From assembly GCA_008369845.1 (NCBI GenBank), contig MRSU01007186.1, positions 62,001-97,672 of the forward strand: a DNA stretch of 35,672 bases, written 5' to 3'. Both the position numbers and the translations under genes were made by a program. The notes beneath the pieces were generated by a model. The model saw only the letters and a list, made by a program, of their open reading frames with translations, had not been told where the DNA came from and searched no databases. Positions 20,301-29,519 of this stretch are shown piece by piece (position 1 is the first letter of the stretch; each line of letters begins with the position of its first letter). This stretch comes from Trichomonas gallinae. Its lineage: Eukaryota.

Positions 20301-21949
20301 TGACGTCAACAATTCGTGCTGTAGAAACACAGAAGATAGAATTGCACGAAATCGCTTACAAGACATTAACAGACGTCATCACAAACTTCAAGGACAGGAT
20401 TTCCGAGGGCTGCCCTATATTGGAGTTATACGAGAGCCAGTTCTCTATCGCATGCAGGCACGCTTTCCCGTCATCAGTTGATGTCGCGGCTTCTTTCATT
20501 GTCACTTTCCTCCAGTTCTTGTTCGAAAACGAGACAAGCAATTCACGCGGAGAAATCTTGCGCCAAGTTGTTTCAGGACTCGAGAAATTCGGACGCAGAT
20601 CATTCGGATTCCTCGACATTGCTTCTAAAGTTGTAGAGATATGCTCATACAAGAAGGAGTTTGTTCCTGAGTTCACCAAGTTCTTCGAAAGCATCGGCGG
20701 AATTTTCAAAGAGATGCTCATCGAATGCGTGAGAATCAGGACGACTAAAAACATCCCATGGGAGCAGTTATCTCAGTTCAGAGCACAGTTCTCCCACTTC
20801 TACAGCAGATTCTTGCTGGCTTGCGTTTGGCTTAGATCTTATTCTCCACAGTTATTGGACACGGAGACATTATCTGCTTTCCTTTCGCTCGAAGCAACGA
20901 CAGCTTCGGAGTCGTGGAGAGTTTCAGCTGGTGTTGCTGCATCTACGGCTTTGCTAGAGAAATACAGGCAAGAGATTTCCAAAGAGATGCTCGTGCATTT
21001 AATACACATTGTCTGCGACGCTGTCTGCAGGAACACGATTTTACTCAAGCCTCTCACTTCATCTTTCGTTGTTGCCGCCTGCAATTCTCAGGGCGCATAC
21101 GATAATGCTTTAGGACTCCTCAATGCTGTTATCAGAGAAAAGTGTGGCGCACTCGCTCTATCATCTGTTCTCATGCTCAAATCGCCAGCAGTCATTGCTT
21201 ATTCTGAACAAGTTGCCTCATATATAGTCACGATGTTGAATGATAACGAATTCCAATGCGACGATGCTATTTGCGCGGCGACAATTTTGATGAGCATGCT
21301 TGATGACGAAGAAGAGTTCTCGAACATTGTAGCCGAGTTCTTGTTGGCGCAAGACACCAAGTTTGGCTTGACAGTTTGCAGGAGAGCTCTCACTAAATTC
21401 CCTGGATGTGCAGCTGCGTCATCTATCGCTAGGTTATGCAAGAGATCAATCTTGACAGGCGGAATTGACTTGGCTGCATTTTTGTTGGCGAGAAGTGATC
21501 CTATTGCTTTAGATGTATTGTCAAGAGGTGTTTTATCGGCAGCTGTTGCTCAGTTGGATCAGGTTGGTCCCTATTCTGCAACGAACATCATCGACTTCGT
21601 TTCTTTTTCAATCAACAAGATTTTCTACGAAAACACATTCGATTGCACTGGAATTGTCAACGGAATATTTGATGCCGTCAGAAAGTGGGGACCATCTAAG
21701 TCATATGGTTTGAAATTGACAGCAGCTTTCGCGAGATTAATTACAATGATTTATGATAATATTACAATCGACGACATCGATGAAGACAGAATGCGCATTG
21801 CCATATCAGTATTGAAGAGACATGAAACAATGGCTTCGAAGCCTAAAGTTCAAACAATTTCTCTTAAATTATTCTCAACGAACACTAAGAGGAAGACTGA
21901 TAACGACAATGAGTGGCAAGATCTCGATGATTCATCAGATTTTGAATAA
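17387..21949 (+). CDS. HEAT/ARM-repeat protein, probable HEATR5/Laa1/SWEETIE family (AP-1 accessory factor)
   Basis: All-helical 1520-aa ORF. The segment TRVKACA...LDDMMTSTIRAVET...LHEIAYKTLTDVITNF...ILELYESQFSIACRHAF resembles the conserved HEATR5 block. A TISLKLF motif lies near the C-terminus. Confidence 0.7.
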   Translation: MEGVIGNLNEIIQSKRLLEPSKTIDQVLIKFHENLPETLKDNDVEIYDKYLISLLAANGGEISSRCAINIGSHLAEIYERGKNHKFWNLIQKLDKKPTQSVVYALGRVIERVGIHNKSSLPTIADKLLSTRQDVHVAACYALRCIIDVCPDAVTKVAEKIFKFASAYVYSTDETSQLLANKLIRAIVTYDGVNIRKVKKILQSAIALGRSFFVVQVASSSVGAAAQRILAPIEKTSDKKLQQKIWKDTFDFLTEFKDNFDSIFKYFLDLLEPAFVYQYSQQLFQFALSVNPQSMAKVSEFFGKDVRSELFRTLVQHAEPNIAYLKAASFDEDSTRETAGIAVSMLLSTDVEERNSACSFFVLLAKKYPEVALENLQAGAQFLSAPPSKGDNLAIQYNNMAELCAIILSVIEDRYNAAKKVEVLIKRFVAFQSQRTKNSKIAAPLLIICGCMPEFEFSSAGGAFIDHFHNVLKNDLHNEMKQDIVASRLCEAALFYLITHEHHHAKEITTMCLPHLWRMTPAGRIFLFKLCSKYKVKSAFNHFYKVVTPDAVNREFALHLMSPMYSPKDYFMPRKGVAPNIGSLLFVPDEVVFGQAIIVTMPEAFANLPEEDRKIKLEQLIDEKIKLPMYAILLQLYKSCPELMPEDFIVHMLKELFMKNITVEESQLLAESIALHVKQYLDSFKEVQQYLDRRNHFSICFLVASISKHVVLSDSVITIFLFTMQVAMKDTNLYPFALHALCEMYETLSQQLVSMMVGDAQCQIILKCMYTMPTRDPLSLMLIERCVERLVPILLPFLSDESTFELLFLVIQCFKNTPVPYASEFFHLVLRASLAFSPRLLSKFSLSFPPLNSSAELKLSVCGAMADASQIVPLSEDNFDLIPSILILLQRTKDQRASQFIVALAKSTADRRMSDWLALSKTLLSSNKMPGFGSNTVQPNTRVKACALDFTRALLPFLSKQANLVTECLDDMMTSTIRAVETQKIELHEIAYKTLTDVITNFKDRISEGCPILELYESQFSIACRHAFPSSVDVAASFIVTFLQFLFENETSNSRGEILRQVVSGLEKFGRRSFGFLDIASKVVEICSYKKEFVPEFTKFFESIGGIFKEMLIECVRIRTTKNIPWEQLSQFRAQFSHFYSRFLLACVWLRSYSPQLLDTETLSAFLSLEATTASESWRVSAGVAASTALLEKYRQEISKEMLVHLIHIVCDAVCRNTILLKPLTSSFVVAACNSQGAYDNALGLLNAVIREKCGALALSSVLMLKSPAVIAYSEQVASYIVTMLNDNEFQCDDAICAATILMSMLDDEEEFSNIVAEFLLAQDTKFGLTVCRRALTKFPGCAAASSIARLCKRSILTGGIDLAAFLLARSDPIALDVLSRGVLSAAVAQLDQVGPYSATNIIDFVSFSINKIFYENTFDCTGIVNGIFDAVRKWGPSKSYGLKLTAAFARLITMIYDNITIDDIDEDRMRIAISVLKRHETMASKPKVQTISLKLFSTNTKRKTDNDNEWQDLDDSSDFE

Positions 21950-22075
21950 TGCGGTTCAAATTTTTTATATTTTTATAGAGTTTTACTTTATTTGATATTT
22001 TAAATATTTCTTTCTTTGTATTACGTATATTGCTGCACTTTTTACGTTCAAAAAATTAATAAAGTCGTTAATCAA

Positions 22076-25063
22076 ATGAATCCCCAAGATATTCATCAAC
22101 GGGATGTCACGGCAATTCTAACAAATTTGCAGACAGAACTTGACAATATTAAGGGAGACATCGAGAAAAATCCGGAAGAAGCCGAAAAATTGAAAAATCA
22201 AATTTCAAAATTGCTTGAAGATGCAGAAAGAGACTTGAGACTTAAAACACAGGCAATAAATCGATCAAATCTATCACAATCTCGCGTTTTACCAGTGAAT
22301 TTACCAACTTCTGCGGAATTAAGAAAAGATCCAATCTCGTTTAAAGAACTTATTCAAAAACCAAGCCCAAAAACACGTCCTAAAACAACAATTACACGTG
22401 TAGAAACACCAAGAATGCCAAAAAGTCCAAAAGTAAAATTACCATCGAGAAATGTTTCAAATGTTCGTCAACCAACATCAAATAGGCCACCAACAGTTGT
22501 TAATAATCAAATTCGAACGGAAACAATTCAGCCTTTAGCATTCACACAAGGTAGAATTCGTGATTATCGTCCACAAACGCAAATTGTTACAACAAGAACA
22601 CGAAAAATTCCGGACCTCATCACACACTTGCATCCTGTTGATCGTCATGACCCAGGAGCCACTCCTCCACCTATCGCTGAATATGATATCGATAAATTCG
22701 GTGTTCAAAGGCTTGTTGATACTGGATATATCAAGAAAAACAACATTCAATCACAATTAGATGGATTTTTAACAGTTTCGAAATATGTTGGCGATATGAC
22801 TCAAATTCCAGTAGATCCAATGAATACATTCGTTTTAGATGATTCACCAGAGACTTCTCCATTATTTGATATCGATTATACTCAGCCTCTCAACTTAATT
22901 CCACCAAATAATCAAGAAGATTCAACAAACCAAGCGAAATCAAGGCGTCTGACGTTCTTATTAGTGAATGCAGAGCCTCTTCAGTCTGCAGACTACTTCG
23001 CTTTTAGAAGAGCTTACGCGTCTCAGTGGGAGCAAATGACGACACTTCTCGGCATCGTAAAACACTACTGCGAGAACAACGGCATCACGAGACAGACAAT
23101 CGACTGCGAGAGATTTGCCGACCTGGCCAAGTACGACTTAGATGAGATCTCAGACAGCAAGCTAATCAGATGTTTCCTTGATCCAATTGATACAACGAAA
23201 ATGAGAAAACGCGTCGTGAAACTTATAGGTCCAGATGCAGAGCACAACGCTGCGATTCTCATACAGAGTGTCTGGCGTGGTTTTATTGCTCGAAGACAGA
23301 TCAGATCAATCATGCGCGTCAACGCAGCTGCAAGGATGATACAGAGACAGTTCAGAACTTGCATCATTGTCAAAAAGTTCAAAGACAAACTACAGAAAGA
23401 CCACAACAACTTGATATCGAAATACGAGGCGAAGAACTTAGACCAAACAGCAAATTCATTCGATGTTCCACACGTTCAAGTGCATTTCGTCAACTCCCAC
23501 AACGCTTCTGAGCTCGGCAGGTTATCCTATCTCGCCAACAAAAACACGACACTTGTTTTATACATGCATTCATCTCTGCCGACTGACGTCACTTCTCTCA
23601 TCACAAAATACACAGAGAACGATTTGAACTTGCATATTATGCCTACGCACTTCAATCTCCCTGATTCTGTTGCTCTGGAAGAAATATTCTCGATGGACAT
23701 TCCCGCTTTAAACAGAATCAGAACTATTGCGAACAAACATCCGATATTTATTTTCCCCCAGATGAACAAAATCTCTTTGATGGACGCAGCGCAAAAACTC
23801 GGTGCAGATATAATGTGCCCGTCTCCTAATAAATACGCGATGTTCGACACGAGACAGTCAATCTTGAGACTGTTAAATCAGGCCGGTCTTAAAACATTCG
23901 AAACATCAGAGAGAATTTACGAGAAAGCAGTTTTAATGAAAGTTATCACGCAGCTCTGCATGTCTCTTCCTAAGATCATCAACTGGAGACTGAGAACAGC
24001 TGAAGGAGATACGGCGTGGTACGGATCAAACGATTTCACTTTAATCGATCAACTGATTGCGAACAAAAATGTTTTGACACAAGAAGACATGGAAGATCCA
24101 AACTTCATTGGCTTGCTGCAGCAGAGTATAACTAATGACCTTCCTAAGAACTTGAATATGACAACAAATTACAACAGCTATGAAACGTTCGTGAGAAAGT
24201 TCTTGTCTTCGGGTGGAACAGTTGAAGCCTTGCCTTTGACGACGAAATCATATATAAACGCGAGCTTCTTCGTTCCAAGACTCGGGAGCCCGCAAATCTT
24301 AGGAACATGGGAGACTGTTTACGTGTCTGCCTTCGAGCCATTCGCTTCAATTCATCCTGCATTTTCTGTTCCTAAAGACAGACTCAAAAAACGCGTCTTG
24401 AAAATTGCAGGACAATGCTCGGTGAAAAGACTGCTCGGAGTTAACACAGTCAAGTTCTTCTATGGAACGCACGTCAACTACAAGGTTGAAACAGACGAAG
24501 ATCCAAACTACAAGATGAAATTCATTGCAGATGATTTAGTTTTAGGTCAAGTTGAACCACTTTTACCTCAGCTGATGTCAGAAATGGTCGCGAAGACGAA
24601 ATTCGACACAGAATCAATGAGCATTGGCCCTTCAACGTTCACTTATGCACAGCCTATATTGGAGTTGCCCGAAGAAGTCGACTTCAATGAGTTTAGAGAG
24701 AAGCTCACTGAGAATGATATAATGGTCGACACGAAAGTTTTCATTTTCCCACACCTGAAAAGGAAGGACGCTGTTGGCATGGTCTGCGTTGAGCAGAATA
24801 TTGAGAGACTGATATCTGTTGTATTCAGGGTGATGACAGTCATATCAACGCAGATCTTCAACATAGAGGCTGACTCTGATGCAAAACTCGTCTGCTACAT
24901 GAAGGCGATTTCTTATTTGAAGGGTCAACTCGATAGCAGTGGAGAAATACAGTCAACAACACTGGCGAGGAAGATGGCTGCCCTGCAAATTCCAAAGAAG
25001 AGCTCTTTGAGAATGTTCAGGTTCGACAGTCTCGTCCTCAAAGATCCACAGGACAGCATTTAA
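22076..25063 (+). CDS. IQ calmodulin-binding motif protein, IQCH-like
   Basis: Tandem IQ motifs (AAILIQSVWRGFIARR and AARMIQRQFR), a P-rich N-terminus, and a large globular C-terminal region arranged like IQCH. Start moved from the TTG at 22016 to the first ATG at 22076. Confidence 0.75.
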   Translation: MNPQDIHQRDVTAILTNLQTELDNIKGDIEKNPEEAEKLKNQISKLLEDAERDLRLKTQAINRSNLSQSRVLPVNLPTSAELRKDPISFKELIQKPSPKTRPKTTITRVETPRMPKSPKVKLPSRNVSNVRQPTSNRPPTVVNNQIRTETIQPLAFTQGRIRDYRPQTQIVTTRTRKIPDLITHLHPVDRHDPGATPPPIAEYDIDKFGVQRLVDTGYIKKNNIQSQLDGFLTVSKYVGDMTQIPVDPMNTFVLDDSPETSPLFDIDYTQPLNLIPPNNQEDSTNQAKSRRLTFLLVNAEPLQSADYFAFRRAYASQWEQMTTLLGIVKHYCENNGITRQTIDCERFADLAKYDLDEISDSKLIRCFLDPIDTTKMRKRVVKLIGPDAEHNAAILIQSVWRGFIARRQIRSIMRVNAAARMIQRQFRTCIIVKKFKDKLQKDHNNLISKYEAKNLDQTANSFDVPHVQVHFVNSHNASELGRLSYLANKNTTLVLYMHSSLPTDVTSLITKYTENDLNLHIMPTHFNLPDSVALEEIFSMDIPALNRIRTIANKHPIFIFPQMNKISLMDAAQKLGADIMCPSPNKYAMFDTRQSILRLLNQAGLKTFETSERIYEKAVLMKVITQLCMSLPKIINWRLRTAEGDTAWYGSNDFTLIDQLIANKNVLTQEDMEDPNFIGLLQQSITNDLPKNLNMTTNYNSYETFVRKFLSSGGTVEALPLTTKSYINASFFVPRLGSPQILGTWETVYVSAFEPFASIHPAFSVPKDRLKKRVLKIAGQCSVKRLLGVNTVKFFYGTHVNYKVETDEDPNYKMKFIADDLVLGQVEPLLPQLMSEMVAKTKFDTESMSIGPSTFTYAQPILELPEEVDFNEFREKLTENDIMVDTKVFIFPHLKRKDAVGMVCVEQNIERLISVVFRVMTVISTQIFNIEADSDAKLVCYMKAISYLKGQLDSSGEIQSTTLARKMAALQIPKKSSLRMFRFDSLVLKDPQDSI

Positions 25064-25504
25064 CTATATTTTTATTCTGTTTGTTTATTAAAGTAATAAT
25101 TTTTAAATAATTATTAAACTTTCTTGTTTATGCCATAACTAATAAATTTTGATCAACTCTCTTTCTCAAAAATAGCAAGGCATCAACGAATCTCTTGCAC
25201 TTGTTGAGAATAAGATCTGCAACAGTGATTTTTCTCATAAAGATAATCAACTCTCTTTATAGCTTGCTTCCTTAGAGTGCTGTGTTCGTTATGTTTCGAT
25301 GTATAACACGTATATGAGTAAGATTACACATTTAGTATTAATTTTTAATGCATTTGATATAGAAATATGATCACGTATTTGATGTTATAATTTTCCTTTC
25401 GTCTTAATCCTTAATTCACTTGTTATTTTCTTTATATGATGGAGTAGTATGTGTTAGCATAGATAAAAATGACTGATTACAAACCGGACATAAATAATAT
25501 CTTT

Positions 25505-27001
25505 TTATATCAAAATAAATTGGTGTTTCTTTTCCAAATAATCTTCAATCTCTTGCTTGAGAGCTGGATTCTCTATTAATTGAATAAAACCGTTGCCTTT
25601 AGCGTCTCTTCCTTCTAATTCAACATCTGGATAATCAAGAATGAAGAAAATCAAGTCATGATATTGTTTTTCAGCAGCGAGATGCAAAGGAGTGGCTCCA
25701 TATCCTGTCTTCATATTAATATTGAAACCTGGAATCGTTAAAATAAATTTGAATAATTCTAAATTGCCGTTATAAGCAGCAAAATGAAGAATATTCCAGT
25801 CTGTTATATCCGCTACATGCATATCTGCTCCAAGATTATACAAAAACTCGAGTGATTTCATATTATTTTCATTAACAGCATACATAACTGCAGAGCAGCC
25901 TGCAATGTCAACCGAATTTATATCAATACCTAAGTTTAGAATGTATGTCATTGCAATAATATCACCTTTCCTTGCAAATTTGAACAATGCGTAGGAAAGC
26001 TGCTTATTGTACTGTTCATCGTGTAAAATCTGATGTATTTCGTCTAGTAAGTCATATCTGAATGTTGCTAATGCTGTAGAAACTAGTTTTGTCGAATCAA
26101 ATTCTTTTGCGATTAAAAATTTCACTGTATCGATGCGTCCAGCTGCAATTGCGTACTTGCAAGCTTGATGCCCTTGTGCACCAAGTTGTATGAGATGGTT
26201 AATGCATTGATGCGCGCCGAAATAAGCGCAATATTCAATCAGCCATGGCGAATTCTGGAGAAAAGAGTGAACTTCTAACGGTATCTTTCCAATTATTCTG
26301 TCTGCTTTTGAAGGATCATCGATGAACTTCATGAACCCCTCAATATCATCGCGTTGAACACAATCTGTAATAGCGATTGGTCCTGAGCCGCGATCAAGTA
26401 TATCTTTCAATATAGCATGCTTATTCTGTGCGAATTTTTCGTATTGATCACCCATTTCACGCAGGCATTTTTCGACATTTTCGCATTTTGTTAATCTATC
26501 AAGCGTATTTGTGTATGTGGTTTTGCGAGAGATACACAGTTCAGGAGAGAAGAACAAAAATAGTACGAAAAATGTGTTTCCTTGAGTGTGTGGGAATTTC
26601 GCAATTTTATTTCCGATCTGAGTTATATTGTAGATGCCTGCTTTCATCATCTCTCTGAGAAAGTTGAAGTGTGGCGTCTTAAGTCTGTATGAAGATGCTG
26701 ATTTAAAACAAGCGTTGAATAAATATTTGTTAAATTGATGTATAGGAGTGTTTTCTTCCATGTTTTCGAACAATATTTTTAATATTTTGATGATTGATGC
26801 GATTTTATCTGTTCTAACTGATATATATGCTAAAATTTCTGGGATTAATTTCTTTCCATTATCTGATTCTTCTTCTATAACTCTTCTGAAGCTAGCAGCG
26901 ACTTTGTCATTAGGTCTTTGGTCTATTTGCAGCAGAACCATCTTGTATGGCTCATATTTGAACCCACTTTGCCGTAATTTCGCGTAATATTCATCAGTCA
27001 T
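25505..27001 (-). CDS. Ankyrin repeat protein (trichomonad type with long helical N-terminus)
   Basis: Ankyrin repeats DIAGCSAVMYAV, DITDWNILHFAAYNGNLE and TGYGATPLHLAAEKQ, plus degenerate upstream repeats (LIEYCAYFGA, KYAIAAG). Start moved to the first ATG at 27001. The stop lies within TAAA, the trichomonad poly(A) signal. Confidence 0.92.
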   Translation of the reverse strand: MTDEYYAKLRQSGFKYEPYKMVLLQIDQRPNDKVAASFRRVIEEESDNGKKLIPEILAYISVRTDKIASIIKILKILFENMEENTPIHQFNKYLFNACFKSASSYRLKTPHFNFLREMMKAGIYNITQIGNKIAKFPHTQGNTFFVLFLFFSPELCISRKTTYTNTLDRLTKCENVEKCLREMGDQYEKFAQNKHAILKDILDRGSGPIAITDCVQRDDIEGFMKFIDDPSKADRIIGKIPLEVHSFLQNSPWLIEYCAYFGAHQCINHLIQLGAQGHQACKYAIAAGRIDTVKFLIAKEFDSTKLVSTALATFRYDLLDEIHQILHDEQYNKQLSYALFKFARKGDIIAMTYILNLGIDINSVDIAGCSAVMYAVNENNMKSLEFLYNLGADMHVADITDWNILHFAAYNGNLELFKFILTIPGFNINMKTGYGATPLHLAAEKQYHDLIFFILDYPDVELEGRDAKGNGFIQLIENPALKQEIEDYLEKKHQFILI

Positions 27002-27305
27002 AATAATACGAAATCTCGAAAATTTCTCTTTTTTTACATTTTTTTCGATTTTCCAGCTGATTTTTTGTAGATTTTTTATTTCTTTTACTGCAAAAATAGT
27101 CAATAATTTTTTGCAATTCTTTTTCTATGAATTATTTACCAATAACTTGATTCAAAAGTTGATTTTTCTTTAATTTATTATTTTATTTATTGTAAAATTA
27201 TTAAACTATTGATAATAAATATATTTATAGAAATAATTCGATCTAAACTTAGAAATAAAGTTTATTTTAAATTTTATTTATTATATTATTATTATATACT
27301 TGAAG

Positions 27306-27670
27306 ATAATTCTATTTCTAAAATTCAGCTGCAAAAAATATTATTCTATTGTTAACTTTTGGATAAATTTTCATTTTATTTGCTATAATATTATTATACT
27401 ATTCATATTAATTATATATTTCAGATTTAATTCTAAAAAATTCGTTTCTTTAATCCACTTTTCGAAATTTTTTTATTTTATTTGCTATAATAATATTTAG
27501 TTATACATAATAATTCTATGTATCTAATTTAATTCCGAAAATTTTGATTCTTTTGATCATTTTTGGATAAATTTTTATTTTATTTTTTATAATACTATTT
27601 AATTATTTATAATACTTCTATTTTTCGAATTTATTTCCGAAAATCTTGAATCTTTTGTTCACTTTTCTCT
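27306..27670. repeat. Degenerate 102-bp tandem repeat (about 3.5 copies) in a divergent promoter
   Basis: An anchor motif recurs at exactly 27351, 27453, 27555 and 27657 (gttaactttt, atccactttt, gatcattttt, gttcactttt). Shared blocks include ttttggataaatttt, ttttatttgctataata and ttccgaaaat. Confidence 0.8.
27659..27666 (+). promoter_or_regulatory. Inr-like element of the glycosyltransferase-like gene
   Basis: TCACTTTT starts 17 nt upstream of the ATG at 27676. Confidence 0.65.
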
Positions 27671-27675
27671 AAAAA

Positions 27676-29088
27676 ATGTTGGATGACTTTGTTGAAAAGA
27701 AGAAAACAACGAAAAAATTTAAGACTCAGAAGTATATACTCTACGGATTAGTTGTAGCTGTATGTGCTGCGCTTCTTATCGATAGAGGGCCGCCTGTTCC
27801 GCCTTTTTCTAAAAATTTGCATTCGATGGATTGCGATGGAGTGGAGTTAATCGATTATAAGAACGAAGATAGTCTTATAAAGACATGGTTTAAGTCGAGG
27901 CCATCGTTAGAATACCCGCCAGAGTATCTACCGAATTTTTTGAAATTGAAAATCATGTACAAAAGAGCAGATATGTATTACTCGGGCGATGACATCAAAG
28001 AAATACAGCGCGATGACAATACAATCAATATTACATATACTAGCTGCATTGCTGGTCCTGCAAAAATCGAAATTACATGTTTGACTTCATATAACAAGAC
28101 TTTTGATACGTATATGAATGAAGTAAAACCAGATGATTTAGGACATAGTTGTTCTAATGATCCATTCGAAGATCTCGCTTATTTTGAAAATATTTGCTTA
28201 GAAGAAGAAAAGATTTTATTCTTTTCTCCATATCCTGGCGAAATCAAGCCTATTGATAACGGAGAGAAGCCTATTGAAGTCGAAATTTACGATTGGGCAG
28301 TTCAAGATTATATTAGCTACAAGAAAGCGCCCAATAACAATAACAAAGCAATACTAATCTCGAAAGCACCACAAGAAACGTGGAAAAAGCTATATTTCTG
28401 GTTAATTCCAATTGCACAAACAATGATTTCTCATAATATTTCACATCACCAAACAGAATTCATTGTTAGATCAGATCTAGATGTCAATGATATCGCGATG
28501 CTTCAAAAAATCTCAACAAGATCAATATTGAAGCATAATCCCGACAATATCACTTGTTTCCGCCATTTCTACGCGTCGAATACAAGAGAATCAGCAACAA
28601 TAGATGCTGCTTCTATTTATAAACTACCACCGAATTTTAATTTAATTCGCGAAAAATTCGTTAGATATAAATCGTCACAGAAGAACATTGTATTGCATGA
28701 AAGCTTAAATGATCTTAGAGATGCATTGATAACAGAATTTCCAAAGCATCACGTTGCGTTACTTAAAGATTCTTATTCTCTCGAAGAATCCTCCAATATT
28801 GTCTCCAACGCAAAGGTGTACATAGGAAATCATATCTCCAACCTTGTTTTCGGAATTTGGCTCAAGCCAGGAAACATTTTAATTGACGCATCAAATCCCG
28901 ATTATTCTTGTAACAGTTGGTCAGAAGAATTCGCGAAAAGCGCAAAAGTTAGTTTAATGAAACTCCACACTGGAAATTGCTCATGTTCAACCTCTGATTG
29001 CTATCCATCTTCACTTCCACCGGTTAACTGCTCAGCCAGTGATCTTATTAAGATACTTCATGAGGCTCTTGATGCTAATACAAATTAA
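27676..29088 (+). CDS. Type II membrane protein, glycosyltransferase family 61 (DUF563)-like
   Basis: Basic N-terminal tail plus a single TM helix (YILYGLVVAVCAALLI). Contains FENICL, TCFRHFY and SLEESSNIVSNAKVYIGNHISNLVFGIWLKPGNILID, which resembles the GT61 signature (Q...F..A.V.IG.HGAGL.N..F..PG..VIE). Confidence 0.65.
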   Translation: MLDDFVEKKKTTKKFKTQKYILYGLVVAVCAALLIDRGPPVPPFSKNLHSMDCDGVELIDYKNEDSLIKTWFKSRPSLEYPPEYLPNFLKLKIMYKRADMYYSGDDIKEIQRDDNTINITYTSCIAGPAKIEITCLTSYNKTFDTYMNEVKPDDLGHSCSNDPFEDLAYFENICLEEEKILFFSPYPGEIKPIDNGEKPIEVEIYDWAVQDYISYKKAPNNNNKAILISKAPQETWKKLYFWLIPIAQTMISHNISHHQTEFIVRSDLDVNDIAMLQKISTRSILKHNPDNITCFRHFYASNTRESATIDAASIYKLPPNFNLIREKFVRYKSSQKNIVLHESLNDLRDALITEFPKHHVALLKDSYSLEESSNIVSNAKVYIGNHISNLVFGIWLKPGNILIDASNPDYSCNSWSEEFAKSAKVSLMKLHTGNCSCSTSDCYPSSLPPVNCSASDLIKILHEALDANTN

Positions 29089-29135
29089 TTTTTATATATT
29101 TTTATATTACTGTCTGTTTTTTATAATAAAACTTA

Positions 29136-29327
29136 TTCAACGAAACTGCTTTGTTTTATGCTTCAAATAAAGGCTATCATGAAATTGTCAAACTTCATTT
29201 CATTGTTTATTGAATAGATGCCAAGATAAACGACGATATTAATAATACAACTTTGCTTTATGTTTCAAATAAAGACCATCATGAAATTGCCAATTTTTTT
29301 TAATATTCCTCGAATAAATGTTAACGA
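29136..29327 (+). pseudogene. Eroded ankyrin-repeat gene fragment (about 2 repeats)
   Basis: Manual translation gives FNETALFYASNKGYHEIVKLHFIVY*IDAKINDDINNTTLLYVSNKDHHEIANFF*, then a frameshifted NIPRINVNE. The DNA repeat ttcaaataaaggctatcatgaaattg / ttcaaataaagaccatcatgaaattg recurs at 102-bp spacing. Confidence 0.8.
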
Positions 29328-29519
29328 ACTTCTATGCAAAATTTAAAAATATCATTATTATTTAATAATATGATATTAATGATGACATAGAAAAAATGGA
29401 TATCTCATATCATTAAGAACGATGTCAATATCGGCTTAATGTAAATATATACATGCAATAAAAACTTAAATCAAAACATACAAACAAATTTATTAAAACA
29501 TATGAATATAGTAGGAGTG

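Noticed and set aside
22016..22075. TTG-initiated N-terminal extensions in the ORF track (also 7065-7091 and 27002-27103)
   Set aside because: Eukaryotic context and AT-rich UTR-like sequence; the first ATG is preferred.
25448..25460. Intron-like signals (GTATGT here and at 16831; GCTAACACATAC on the minus strand)
   Set aside because: No paired 5' splice site and ACTAACACACAG-type 3' element joining reading frames. The flanking ORFs are already complete.
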